A DNA stretch of 64,000 nucleotides from Ignavibacteria bacterium. GTDB lineage: Bacteria > Bacteroidota > Ignavibacteria > Kapaibacteriales > UBA2268. The position numbers and the translations under genes were made by a program. Positions 20,730 through 30,153 of this stretch are shown here, one piece after another. The first letter of the stretch is position 1; each line of letters starts with the position of its first letter. The notes below the pieces were generated by a model, which was not told the origin of the DNA, made no database searches, and worked only from the letters and a program-made list of their open reading frames with translations. The stretch lies in assembly GCA_037440445.1 (NCBI GenBank), contig JBBIUA010000005.1, forward strand, positions 2,816-66,815. Reading direction: 5' to 3'.

Positions 20730-21607
20730 TGGTGCTTACTCTCTGGTTCTTGATGTATATGAATTTGACAATTGGCAATCGACTTCTTAATTTCGCTTTC
20801 AACTTTGTGTGCAATGTTATGTGCTTCTTCTACAGTTAAATTTGGATCAACATGGATGTTTAAATAAATAAATGTGGTTGCTCCTGAAGTTCGAATTCTA
20901 ATATCGTGAACACTTTTAACTTCGGTGATACTGGTAACAGCATTTTCTACAATTTTTTTTGATGCGGAAGGTGCTCTATCCAATAACTCATTAATTGCTT
21001 TGATAGAAAGTTTTATCGACAAATAAAGGACAATTCCAGAAACGAAGATACCTGCAAACGTATCGGCTGTATGAATATTGAAGCTAGCAAAAATTAAACC
21101 AATTAAAACAACAAAGGATGAAAGAATGTCCGATGAAAAGTGCAACGCATCGGCTTCCAAAGCTTGGCTTTTATGTTTTTTTGCATATTTTGATAGCAAC
21201 TTTGCTCTATTGAAATCTACAACAATGGCAAAAATTACTACAAAAAAACTCCAAAAGTTTACAACAATTTGGGTCTCTTGTCCGAATAATCTTCCAAAAG
21301 CTTCCTTGACAATCCAAATACAAGTAGCAACTAATATTAAGGCTTCGATTAATGCAGAAATATTCTCAATTTTACCGTGTCCAAAGTTATGAGTTTCATC
21401 TGCAGGCTTGGAAGAAAGTCGAACTGAAAAAACAGTTAAAGCAGCAGCAAAAATATCCATTGCAGAATGTAAGGCTTCGGAAATAATCCCCAAACTTCCA
21501 GTTGCAAAACCAACAATTCCTTTAAATGAAGTTAAAAAAATTGCTACAAGAAGTGAGCTTAATGCCACTCTGTACTTCTCTTTTTTTGCAATACTTTCGT
21601 TTTCCAT
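20726..21607 (-). CDS. Cation diffusion facilitator (CDF) family metal efflux transporter
   Basis: Six TM helices, HSAMD/HxxxD metal sites and a C-terminal cytoplasmic domain. Confidence 0.8.
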   Translation of the reverse strand: MENESIAKKEKYRVALSSLLVAIFLTSFKGIVGFATGSLGIISEALHSAMDIFAAALTVFSVRLSSKPADETHNFGHGKIENISALIEALILVATCIWIVKEAFGRLFGQETQIVVNFWSFFVVIFAIVVDFNRAKLLSKYAKKHKSQALEADALHFSSDILSSFVVLIGLIFASFNIHTADTFAGIFVSGIVLYLSIKLSIKAINELLDRAPSASKKIVENAVTSITEVKSVHDIRIRTSGATTFIYLNIHVDPNLTVEEAHNIAHKVESEIKKSIANCQIHIHQEPESKHQ

Positions 21608-21635
21608 GACTACAAAATAAAGAAATAAAATTTAA

Positions 21636-21669
21636 TGAAAAAAAGGACTGCCTTTAATAAGGCAGTCCT
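21636..21669 (-). terminator. Rho-independent terminator downstream of rny
   Basis: Perfect 9-bp inverted repeat AGGACTGCC/GGCAGTCCT with an 8-nt loop. On the minus strand it is followed directly by a T7 run. Confidence 0.55.
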
Positions 21670-21686
21670 AAGCCACTCAAAAATTA

Positions 21687-23249
21687 TTATTTAGCAAAAG
21701 CAAAACTTCTTCTCTCTCGGATAACTGTAACCTTTATCTGCCCAGGATATTCCATTTCCTGTTCAATTTTCTTAGCAATGTCGTGTGCTAATTGGTCAGC
21801 AGTTAAATCGTCAACTTTCTCGGGTTCAACAATGACACGAACCTCGCGTCCTGCTTGAATTGCAAAGGTTTTTTGAACACCTTCAAAACTTTGAGCGAGC
21901 GTTTCGAGTTTTTCCAATCTTTTGATGTAATTTTCAAGGGATTCACGCCGCGCACCTGGTCGTGCACCACTGATGCTATCTGCTGCTTGAACGAGAACTG
22001 CGTAAGGGGTTTCCATATCAATGTCTTCGTGGTGAGCACCAATTGCATTAGCAACTGCAGGATGTTCTTTGTATTTCTTGGCAAGTTCATACCCAATCAG
22101 TGCGTGAGGTCCTTCGGTGTTTTGGTCGACGCATTTACCAATATCGTGGAGCAAGCCAGCGCGTTTTGCAATTTGGGTATCAAGGCCTAATTCGGCTGCC
22201 ATTATTCCACATAAATGCGCTACTTCAACAGAATGGTTAAGTAGATTCTGTCCATAACTTGAACGATATTTCATCTTTCCGACAAGTCGAAGAAGGTCTG
22301 GATGTAAATTATGAATTCCGAGTTCCAGTGTTGTTTGTTCACCAATTTTCAGAATTTCTTCTTCAAGTTCTTGGCGAACTTTTTCAACAACTTCTTCGAT
22401 TCGTGCGGGATGTATTCTTCCGTCCTGCATAAGTCTTTCGAGAGCAATTTTCGCTACTTCTCTACGAAATGGGTCGAACCCAGAAATTACAACTGCTTCG
22501 GGAGTATCATCGATAATCAAATCGACACCAGTGGCCGATTCGAATGAGCGAATATTTCGACCTTCGCGACCAATTATTCTTCCTTTCATTTCGTCCGATT
22601 CAAGAGTTACAACCGATACTGTGCTTTCGATGCTATGGTCGGAGGCAGTGCGTTGAATTGCTTCCAAGATGATATTTCTTGCTTCCCTTTGAGCATTTTG
22701 CTTGGCTTCGTCTCGGATTTGCTTAATGTATTGTGCTGCTTCGATTTTTGCTTCACTGATGAGATTGTCCATCAAGATCTTTTTTGCATCTTCTTTTGTA
22801 AGGCCGCTTATCTCTTCAAGTTTTTTAAATTGTTCTTCTCGGAGTTTTTCCGCTTCTTCGAGTTTCTTCGAAATATATGTTTCCTTTTGCCGAAGGTCGT
22901 TTTCGGCAAGTTCGAGTTGTTTTTCTTTTTTTGTGATAAGTTCAAGTTTTGCTTCTAAAGCCTCTTCACGAGATTTTAGCAGTTTTTCAGATGCTTGTAT
23001 TTTTGTTTTTCTTTGTTGATATTCATTTTCGAATTCTTGTTTTCGTCGATGCCATTCTTCCTTGACTTCGAGAAGCTTCTCTTTTTTAAGATTATTCGCT
23101 TCTTTTTCAGCCTCTTTTAAAATGTTTTTTGCTTTTTCTTCGGCTTCACGGATTTTAGAAGAAATTGACTTGTTTGTAATGAAATATGCAACAGCAAAAC
23201 CAAGCAAAAGCCCAATAAATGTTCCAACAATAATAATTATCTCGTTCAT
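21687..23249 (-). CDS. rny: Ribonuclease Y
   Basis: N-terminal TM helix, a long coiled coil, a KH domain (GREGRNIR) and an HD domain (HDIGK...). Confidence 0.9.
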   Translation of the reverse strand: MNEIIIIVGTFIGLLLGFAVAYFITNKSISSKIREAEEKAKNILKEAEKEANNLKKEKLLEVKEEWHRRKQEFENEYQQRKTKIQASEKLLKSREEALEAKLELITKKEKQLELAENDLRQKETYISKKLEEAEKLREEQFKKLEEISGLTKEDAKKILMDNLISEAKIEAAQYIKQIRDEAKQNAQREARNIILEAIQRTASDHSIESTVSVVTLESDEMKGRIIGREGRNIRSFESATGVDLIIDDTPEAVVISGFDPFRREVAKIALERLMQDGRIHPARIEEVVEKVRQELEEEILKIGEQTTLELGIHNLHPDLLRLVGKMKYRSSYGQNLLNHSVEVAHLCGIMAAELGLDTQIAKRAGLLHDIGKCVDQNTEGPHALIGYELAKKYKEHPAVANAIGAHHEDIDMETPYAVLVQAADSISGARPGARRESLENYIKRLEKLETLAQSFEGVQKTFAIQAGREVRVIVEPEKVDDLTADQLAHDIAKKIEQEMEYPGQIKVTVIRERRSFAFAK

Positions 23250-23328
23250 CTTATATCCTTTGCAATAACAATAACCAAATAAATTAACGAATAAATTTTT
23301 AAAATTAATTTATCATTAAAAAAATAAA

Positions 23329-23545
23329 ACCGCATTATCGCCTTGCCTCATATGTCGATTGAGTCGTAAAGAACCCAATCCGACACAGTGGGTATCATCC
23401 TGGCTATATTTTGCGTCCACCGGACACCTTGAAGGTGTCACCACCATGAAAGGTGGTTGAGGCCTGCAATTTATAGTCAGAGCCTGATTCCCTTTTTTTT
23501 CTACTAACGGTTCTTTCGCTCATAATCGGGCAAGGCTCTAATGCG
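23329..23545 (-). ncRNA. ssrS: Structured GC-rich small RNA, candidate 6S RNA (SsrS), immediately 3' of zapA
   Basis: A ~217-nt island of ~50% GC in a ~33% GC genome with no ORF. A long closing helix joins 23329-23346 to 23528-23545 (8 bp, a small internal loop, then 7 bp). Internal hairpins include GACACCTT-GAA-GGTGTC and CACCACC-ATGAAA-GGTGGT. On the minus strand the closing helix is followed at once by a U-tract. zapA-ssrS is the conserved E. coli arrangement. Confidence 0.45.
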
Positions 23546-23568
23546 GCTAAACTTTTTTCAAAGATCTT

Positions 23569-23847
23569 TTAACTATGTATGTTATCAATAAGATACAAAG
23601 TAATTTTCTTTAACTCATTAATTACATAATCTATATCAATCTGATTTTGAAATTCACAATTCTTCAACTTTTCAGCCAAATTGATTGCGGTTAAAGTAAA
23701 AATTGTTTGCATCGATTCATCTTTGTATTTTTCCATAATATTGCTTAATTGATTTTCCACCTCAATTGCAGCCTGTTGTATTATTGCTTCGTTATCACCT
23801 TTTAAAATATATTCATTTCCTAAAATTTTTACCTTAACTTTTCCCAT
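23569..23847 (-). CDS. zapA: Cell division protein ZapA
   Basis: 92 aa. MGKVKVKILGNEYILKGDNEAIIQQAAIEVENQL... follows the ZapA pattern (I-G-x-Y-x-l-x-gd ... coiled-coil tail). Confidence 0.65.
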   Translation of the reverse strand: MGKVKVKILGNEYILKGDNEAIIQQAAIEVENQLSNIMEKYKDESMQTIFTLTAINLAEKLKNCEFQNQIDIDYVINELKKITLYLIDNIHS

Positions 23848-23911
23848 CCTTAAATTTTAAAAAAGCAATTTAATTAAATCTTGAAAAATAACAAAACCAA
23901 ACAAAGGTTGG

Positions 23912-25291
23912 TTATTTTTTTAGGGAAATAACTAAAGTATGCTGTCCTAAATAATTCCTATAATAATTAATAACGAAGAAAGCAAGGGAGAGATTCATCC
24001 AGAGAATAAAATAAATCAAAATGTTTGCTGTGAAAGTACATCGAACAATTTCAAAAAAAGTAATGTATGGGGCAACTCCAATAAGCTTCCTTTCCTCCAA
24101 GGGTAAAGATTCATTGTTACGTAACTTTTTATATAATTTAATTGAGGTGAAAATTAGGGAATAAAGTAATGCATTGAAAACTATGAAACCTATAATACCT
24201 GTGTCGGCTAAAACTGAAAGTATGGTTGTATCGCTAAAAAGGGCTACAAATTCTTTTTGGTAACCAGTTAATCCTAATCCAATGCCAATTAATGGGCTTG
24301 TTTGCCAAACTTTAATTGTAGAAATCGCATTTTCTAATCTCCCAGAAAAACTTTCTCCACCCATTTCGTCTTGTCCTAAACTAAATATATTTTCAACTCT
24401 ATAAGAAAATAATTTAAGTAAATCAATATTAAGTACTTCTGTAAGGAAAAAATTAGTTAATAGAACACAAATTATTGCAATAATTCCAATTGAGAATAGA
24501 AATTTGTAGGACTTGTATTTTTCGAGAACAAAAACCAAACAAAACATTGCAAGAAAGCCAGCCAATCCTGTGAGGGAATAAGTTAAAAAAAGTGTTATTA
24601 AGTTTATTATCACTAAAAATATTAAAAGTTTATTATTTTTTATAAAACCCTCGCGGTATTGGATCCAGGGGATTGCAAGAAACAAAAATAAATAGATGTT
24701 CCAACTAGCCAAAGCGCTCGGTTCTGTAAATATCGATGTTGCTCTGAAAAATGAACCATAGGAGGTTGCTGCTTGATAAACTTCCCCAATAACTTCGTAT
24801 CTTGAAAGTAAAGCTCGATTAGTGTAACTTACCCAAGCCAGTGGCAAATCAAATGCTCTTGCGAATAATTGATAAATTCCATAAAGATTCAGAATTAATA
24901 ACAACCAAATTAATATTTTAATAATGATTATGTATGTTTTGGGTTTAATGTATCCTAAATAAAGTAGTACAATAAAAAAAACAACATAGTAAAAATGGGA
25001 AAGTGATTTTATTCCTTGAACGACTTCGTTATGTTTACCACCAATTAAGGGTAAGATAAAAGGTATTGCACTCCAAATAATAAATACAAAAAGTAAGATA
25101 TTTGAATAATTAATTGAAATTTCCAAGGGCTTTTTGTATACAAAAAATGCAAACAATAAAAGGAAGTAACAAATTAGTACATTTAAATCGAGTGCTGTTA
25201 TTCCATAGTTTGAAAAATAAAAAAGGGCATATCCGAAAAAAAACTGCGTTAGAAATGTTAAGATAAAAGTAAATGAATATAATTTTTCCAT
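23912..25291 (-). CDS. Polytopic membrane protein, O-antigen ligase/polymerase-like (Wzy_C-type)
   Basis: About 12 TM helices with a mid-protein loop (SYGSFFRATSIFTEPSALASW) like the Wzy_C periplasmic loop. This is a weak call. Confidence 0.4.
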   Translation of the reverse strand: MEKLYSFTFILTFLTQFFFGYALFYFSNYGITALDLNVLICYFLLLFAFFVYKKPLEISINYSNILLFVFIIWSAIPFILPLIGGKHNEVVQGIKSLSHFYYVVFFIVLLYLGYIKPKTYIIIIKILIWLLLILNLYGIYQLFARAFDLPLAWVSYTNRALLSRYEVIGEVYQAATSYGSFFRATSIFTEPSALASWNIYLFLFLAIPWIQYREGFIKNNKLLIFLVIINLITLFLTYSLTGLAGFLAMFCLVFVLEKYKSYKFLFSIGIIAIICVLLTNFFLTEVLNIDLLKLFSYRVENIFSLGQDEMGGESFSGRLENAISTIKVWQTSPLIGIGLGLTGYQKEFVALFSDTTILSVLADTGIIGFIVFNALLYSLIFTSIKLYKKLRNNESLPLEERKLIGVAPYITFFEIVRCTFTANILIYFILWMNLSLAFFVINYYRNYLGQHTLVISLKK

Positions 25292-25424
25292 AACTTAAGA
25301 ATTTTAGAAAGCAAAATTAAATAATGTTCAATAGAAAAAAAGGAAAAAATTGAAGATTTGGTTAAGTTTGGATCAACCCGAACCTTTTGGCTGAAGTGGT
25401 TCTTGTAAATCCTTGATCCTCTTG

Positions 25425-25498
25425 CACACCCGGAGGGACTCGAACCCCCAACCCTCTGATCCGAAGTCAGATGCTCTGTCCAATTGAGCTACGGGTGC
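25425..25498 (-). tRNA. tRNA-Arg (anticodon TCG)
   Basis: Reverse complement folds as a cloverleaf: acceptor GCACCCG/CGGGTGT, D-arm GCTC..GAGC, anticodon stem TCTGA/TCAGA with loop CTTCGGA (TCG), T-arm GGGGG-TTCGAGT-CCCTC. No encoded CCA. Confidence 0.85.
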
Positions 25499-25504
25499 AC
25501 GTTG

Positions 25505-25771
25505 TTATGCATCGACCGGTTTCAATTTGTTAACGAGCCGAGCAAGTTTAGCTTTTTTATTCGCAGCGTTATTTTTATGAATTACTCCTCGTGCAGAAAT
25601 CCTATCCAGCACACTGTATGCTCTTTTCAGAAGTTCACAGGCTTCTTCGTACGAACTTGAACGCCGAATTGCTTTAATAATTTCCTTTGAATTTCGTTTG
25701 TTTTGTCGATTATATAATCGACGTTTTCGATTTTGCCTGATTCTTTTTAAAGCTGACTTATGATGAGCCAT
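25505..25771 (-). CDS. rpsT: 30S ribosomal protein S20
   Basis: MAHHKSALKRIRQNRKRRLYNRQNKRNSK... is a typical S20. Confidence 0.9.
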   Translation of the reverse strand: MAHHKSALKRIRQNRKRRLYNRQNKRNSKEIIKAIRRSSSYEEACELLKRAYSVLDRISARGVIHKNNAANKKAKLARLVNKLKPVDA

Positions 25772-25883
25772 AATAAATTCTTTTTCAAATAGTTAAACTT
25801 AATAGGATACAAAATTAATAATAAAATATTAATGAAAAAGGATATTTTTGTAAAAATATTTTATTAATTTTGTACCGAGTAAA

Positions 25884-25969
25884 GCTCGGATGGCGGAAGT
25901 GGTAGACGCACAGGACTTAAAATCCTGTGGGCATTCGTGCCCGTGCGGGTTCGAGTCCCGCTCCGAGCA
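25884..25969 (+). tRNA. tRNA-Leu (anticodon TAA), long variable arm
   Basis: Acceptor GCTCGGA/TCCGAGC, anticodon stem CAGGA/TCCTG with loop CTTAAAA (TAA), variable arm TGGGCATTCGTGCCCGT, T-arm GCGGG-TTCGAGT-CCCGC. Confidence 0.85.
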
Positions 25970-26288
25970 CAAATTTATTATAGTCATTTGTCTTCTATAG
26001 ATTGATTTGATTAACCGTTAGTCCCCCCAAGATTATTTTAGTGTTAAGATTTAGGTTGTTGAAAGGATAAAGTTATTTATTGTTTTGTTTGATTTAAAAC
26101 ATTGGAAAGATGTTTGAATTTTATATCTATGAGTTCTTATAAATCATTTCTTTTGGTTTCAAAGTAATATTGTTTACTTCTAATTTATAATTCCGATATT
26201 TAAGAAAGCACCAATTGAAATTCGAAACTTTTTCGAAAACTTTTTACACTGATTTTCGTTTTTTTACTTTTTTAAAAGACCATTTGCT

Positions 26289-27422
26289 ATGATCACTTTT
26301 TTTATAATTTTCTTTTCATTATACTCTCTTCTTAACTATTATATTTTTATTCGAGGTTTGCAAGCTCTTGAAATTCTTCAAAGTTTTCGTTTGCCATACT
26401 CTGTTATTTTTATTTTGTTTGCTACTTCTTACATTTCAAGTAGGATTTTTTCAACTAAACTACCTGACTTTATTTATTATTTTCTTAGTTTAATTGGTTC
26501 GTTTTGGTTTTTTGTGCTTTTTTATTCTTTTATGTTGGTATTTCTAATTGATTTATTGAGACTTGTAAGTAGTTTTATCTCCTTTTTCCCTGTTTTTATT
26601 TCCAAAAATTATTTAATTGTAAAATTTATTCTTTTTTTATTAATTAATTCAATAATTATTTTTATTGCATTTGTTGGTTATAAAAATCGTTCCCAAATAA
26701 AAATTAAAGAATTACCTATTAGTTTGAATTCTAACTTGGGAAAAAAATACAAAATTGTTTTCTTTTCGGATTTACATATATCTGTTGTAAATAATCATAA
26801 ATTTCTGGAATCCATTGTTGAAAAGATAAATAAATTTGAACCAGATTTAATTTTAATCGGTGGTGACCTTGTTGATGAAAAACCTGATAGATTAGAAAAA
26901 CATCGACTTTGCAAACCTTTGATGAACCTGAAGTCCAAATTCGGTATTTTTGCAATAACAGGAAATCATGAATATATAAATGGACGAGATTTAATTGTAA
27001 ATTACTTCAAAAAGTTCAATATCAATTTTATCTCGGATAGTTCTGTTTTAGTTGATAATTCATTCTATATTATTGGACGTGAAGATAGAGCAAAAGAAAC
27101 ATTTGTGCGAAAAAAAAGAAAACCATTAAAGGAAATCGTTGCTAATCTAAATGCTGAAGTTCCCAAAATACTTTTGGACCATCAGCCAATTAATTTAAAC
27201 GAGGCAGTAGAAAATGGAATAGATTTGCAATTGTCAGGTCATACCCATCATGGTCAAATAGCACCACTTAACTCAATCACCAAGTTAGTATATGAACTAA
27301 GTTGGGGCTATAAGCAAAAAGGTAGAACACACATTTATGTATCTTCGGGGATAGGAACTTGGGGGCCTCCAATCAAAATTGGTAACGATGCGGAATTAGT
27401 CCTTATAAAGTTAAAAATTTGA
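26289..27422 (+). CDS. Membrane-anchored metallophosphoesterase (calcineurin-like, YkuE-type)
   Basis: N-terminal TM helices, then the FSDLH / GGDLVD / GNHEY / GHTHHGQ phosphoesterase motifs. Confidence 0.75.
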   Translation: MITFFIIFFSLYSLLNYYIFIRGLQALEILQSFRLPYSVIFILFATSYISSRIFSTKLPDFIYYFLSLIGSFWFFVLFYSFMLVFLIDLLRLVSSFISFFPVFISKNYLIVKFILFLLINSIIIFIAFVGYKNRSQIKIKELPISLNSNLGKKYKIVFFSDLHISVVNNHKFLESIVEKINKFEPDLILIGGDLVDEKPDRLEKHRLCKPLMNLKSKFGIFAITGNHEYINGRDLIVNYFKKFNINFISDSSVLVDNSFYIIGREDRAKETFVRKKRKPLKEIVANLNAEVPKILLDHQPINLNEAVENGIDLQLSGHTHHGQIAPLNSITKLVYELSWGYKQKGRTHIYVSSGIGTWGPPIKIGNDAELVLIKLKI

Positions 27423-27428
27423 AGGTGT

Positions 27429-27827
27429 TTACTGTTCTTTGGTGTTTTTTGAATCGAAACTGATTTCTCCAGGACCAAAAACATAGATGAAAAACAAACC
27501 ACCCATTAACCCCAAATTTTTCAGGAACATAATAATTTGGATTTGGTCGGAAAAATTAGTATGAAAAATCAAAGTAGTTGGAATTAGAAAAAGGATTAAT
27601 AAAAGAGAGCCCCATTTAGCTTTAAATCCAAAAATAATGGAAATCGATCCGATAGATCGGAAGAGCGAAGCAAGAATCAAAAATAATCCTGTTAGGGGAA
27701 TACTATGAGCAGACATATACTGTTGCGTTCCTTCAAAATTAGTTATTTTGCCGAAGCCTGCAAACAAAAATATCAATGAAAGAAAAATTCTCCCGATTAG
27801 AGTATAATATTTTTGCATAGTTAACAC
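27429..27827 (-). CDS. DoxX-family membrane protein
   Basis: 132 aa with four TM helices and a DoxX-like pattern. Confidence 0.6.
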   Translation of the reverse strand: MLTMQKYYTLIGRIFLSLIFLFAGFGKITNFEGTQQYMSAHSIPLTGLFLILASLFRSIGSISIIFGFKAKWGSLLLILFLIPTTLIFHTNFSDQIQIIMFLKNLGLMGGLFFIYVFGPGEISFDSKNTKEQ

Positions 27828-27892
27828 CTTTTTAGTTTAACATAAAATAACCGGACAAAATTATAATTTTTTTTTGAATAAAACAAATTATT

Positions 27893-30055
27893 TTAATAAT
27901 CGACTAATTTTTTAATGGAGTCATAAATTTTTTCTTCGGTAACTAAAATGTAATTTTCGTAGTTTGGATGATAGGGTATGTGAGAATCGAGAGAAGCGAC
28001 ACGCATTACAGGTGCATCAAGATAATGGAAGGCTTCTTGGGTGATTGTAGCAGCGATTTCTGCACCAAAACCATTTGTCCAAGTATCTTCGTGAACAATT
28101 AGAACCTTATTTGTTTTTTTGACAGAAGAAAGTATTAAGTCAACGTCCCAAGGTATAATTGTCCGCAAGTCTATAATTTCAATGGAAATATTTGGATTTT
28201 CTTTAGAAATTCGTTTTGCGGCTTGGACTGAATCTTTCACACTCATTCCCCAAGTGACTATTGTTAAGTCATTTCCTTCTTGAACAATTTTACCTTTGCC
28301 AAAAGGCAATAGGAAATCAATACCTGGTTCAATTGAAGTAGAAAAGGGATGACGGTATAAGCCTTTGTGCTCACAAAAAATAACAGGGTCTTCAAGCCGA
28401 CAAGCAGTTTTGAGCAAGCCTTTTGCATCGGCAGCATTGGAAGGATATGCAATAAATAGACCAGGTATATGAGCAAAGATTGATTCTATATTTTGAGAAT
28501 GGTAAAGCCCGCCATGAATGTATCCCCCGACGGCAACGCGAATTACAACTGGAGCGGCAAAATTTCCATTAGAACGATACCGCATTGTTGCAATTTCATT
28601 TTTAATTTGCATAAATGCGGGCCAAATGTAATCTCCGAATTGCATTTCGACAACAGGTTTGAATCCACGCAGTGCTAAACCGAGAGCAACTCCAGCAATT
28701 GAAGCTTCGGCCAGTGGGGAATTGAATACCCGCTCGGGACCAAATTTGGTAGATAAACCTTTTGTGGCTGTAAAAACTCCTCCTTTTGGGTCGGCAATGT
28801 CTTCGCCAAAGATAACCATTTTCGGATTAAGTTCCATTTCTTCGTGAAGTGCGTGGTTAATTGCATCAACCATTACAACTTTATCTCCAGTTTCGGGGTA
28901 TTTATTGGAATAGGGAAGCTTTCGCGTTTCTTCGGGTGCAAATATGTGTTTTATTGAATCAGAAGGAGTTGGGTCTGGTTCCAACCAAGCAGAATCTGCA
29001 GCGAATTCTATTTCGTTGTTGACCGATTCAAGAATATTATTTAACTCATCGTGTGATGCAATATTATTGTGGATTAAATAATTTTGTAACTTTTTAATTG
29101 GATCCTTTTCGAATGCTTTCTCAAGTTCTTCTTTGGAGCGGTATTTTCTGTGGTCATCGCTGGAGGAATGGGGGAGTAACCTTTCGACAAGTGCATGTAG
29201 GAGAACTGGACCACAACCTGAGCTTGCATAATCAAGTGCTTCTCGAGAAGCCAGGAGAGATTCGAAGAAGTCTGTTCCGTCAAAAGTTTTAATTTTTAAA
29301 TTTGCATAACAGCAAAATGTATGCCCTACAGTTTCACCCATAGATTGATGTTCGCGAGGTACAGAAATTGCATACTTGTTATCTTGTATGCAAAAAATAA
29401 CAGGGAGTTTTTCTCGAGTAGCCCAATTTACAGCCTCGTAAAATTCACCCTCACTTGTCGCTCCTTCGCCCGAGTCAACATAAGTTACTTCATCACCTTT
29501 GTTAAGACGGGTTGCAAGTGCAGTTCCTACTGCATTCAAATATTGGGTTCCAGTGGGCGACGAAGCAGTTGGAATATTAAATTTTTTATGTCCATAATGC
29601 CCGGGCATTTGTCTCCCCCCACTTGCGGGACAAGTTGGTTTACCATATGCCATAAGAAAATACTCATAAGGTGTTAAACCTAATGAATAAGCCAAAGCAA
29701 CATCACGGTAATACAACCAAAACCAATCTTTACCAGGCCGCAAAGTCATTCCAATTGCCACTTGTATAGCTTCGTGTCCGCTACCCCCAATGTGGAAATA
29801 CGACTTTCCTTGTTTTAATAGTTTAAGGTGTTTTTCGTCCGATAATCTTGCTAAAAGCATTAATTTATAAGCTCTTAGCAGGAAATCTTTATCTAATTCT
29901 AATTGGAGATGAGGGGGAATATCTTTCTTTAAAGTAACAGATTCTCTGGAACAAGCAGGTCCACGATTGTGCACACAATAGCTTGTCTCATATGATTCAA
30001 CTAAAGCCTTGCTTATTAAATTATCCGTTAAGTCAATGTAAGAATTTTTTGCCAT
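27893..30055 (-). CDS. 2-oxoacid (branched-chain/pyruvate) dehydrogenase E1 component, fused alpha and beta subunits
   Basis: 720 aa. A TPP-binding E1-alpha N-terminal half is joined to a transketolase-like E1-beta C-terminal half. Confidence 0.8.
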   Translation of the reverse strand: MAKNSYIDLTDNLISKALVESYETSYCVHNRGPACSRESVTLKKDIPPHLQLELDKDFLLRAYKLMLLARLSDEKHLKLLKQGKSYFHIGGSGHEAIQVAIGMTLRPGKDWFWLYYRDVALAYSLGLTPYEYFLMAYGKPTCPASGGRQMPGHYGHKKFNIPTASSPTGTQYLNAVGTALATRLNKGDEVTYVDSGEGATSEGEFYEAVNWATREKLPVIFCIQDNKYAISVPREHQSMGETVGHTFCCYANLKIKTFDGTDFFESLLASREALDYASSGCGPVLLHALVERLLPHSSSDDHRKYRSKEELEKAFEKDPIKKLQNYLIHNNIASHDELNNILESVNNEIEFAADSAWLEPDPTPSDSIKHIFAPEETRKLPYSNKYPETGDKVVMVDAINHALHEEMELNPKMVIFGEDIADPKGGVFTATKGLSTKFGPERVFNSPLAEASIAGVALGLALRGFKPVVEMQFGDYIWPAFMQIKNEIATMRYRSNGNFAAPVVIRVAVGGYIHGGLYHSQNIESIFAHIPGLFIAYPSNAADAKGLLKTACRLEDPVIFCEHKGLYRHPFSTSIEPGIDFLLPFGKGKIVQEGNDLTIVTWGMSVKDSVQAAKRISKENPNISIEIIDLRTIIPWDVDLILSSVKKTNKVLIVHEDTWTNGFGAEIAATITQEAFHYLDAPVMRVASLDSHIPYHPNYENYILVTEEKIYDSIKKLVDY

Positions 30056-30153
30056 TTTTGTATTCCAATTAATTTAAAATTGTTGGAATTTATATTAACA
30101 AAATTATAAATTTAATTAAAATTAAAAAAAAGAGACGAAAGCGAAATAAAATT

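Noticed and set aside
23329-23545. Alternative identities for the GC-rich RNA (SRP RNA, tmRNA, RNase P RNA, or a plus-strand orientation)
   Set aside because: Too short for tmRNA or RNase P. No SRP domain IV-like GGAAGCAG/apical GNRA motif was found. The plus strand has a T-run separated from the closing helix by 6 nt, whereas the minus strand has it directly adjacent, and zapA synteny favours minus. A 6S-like call is kept at moderate confidence.
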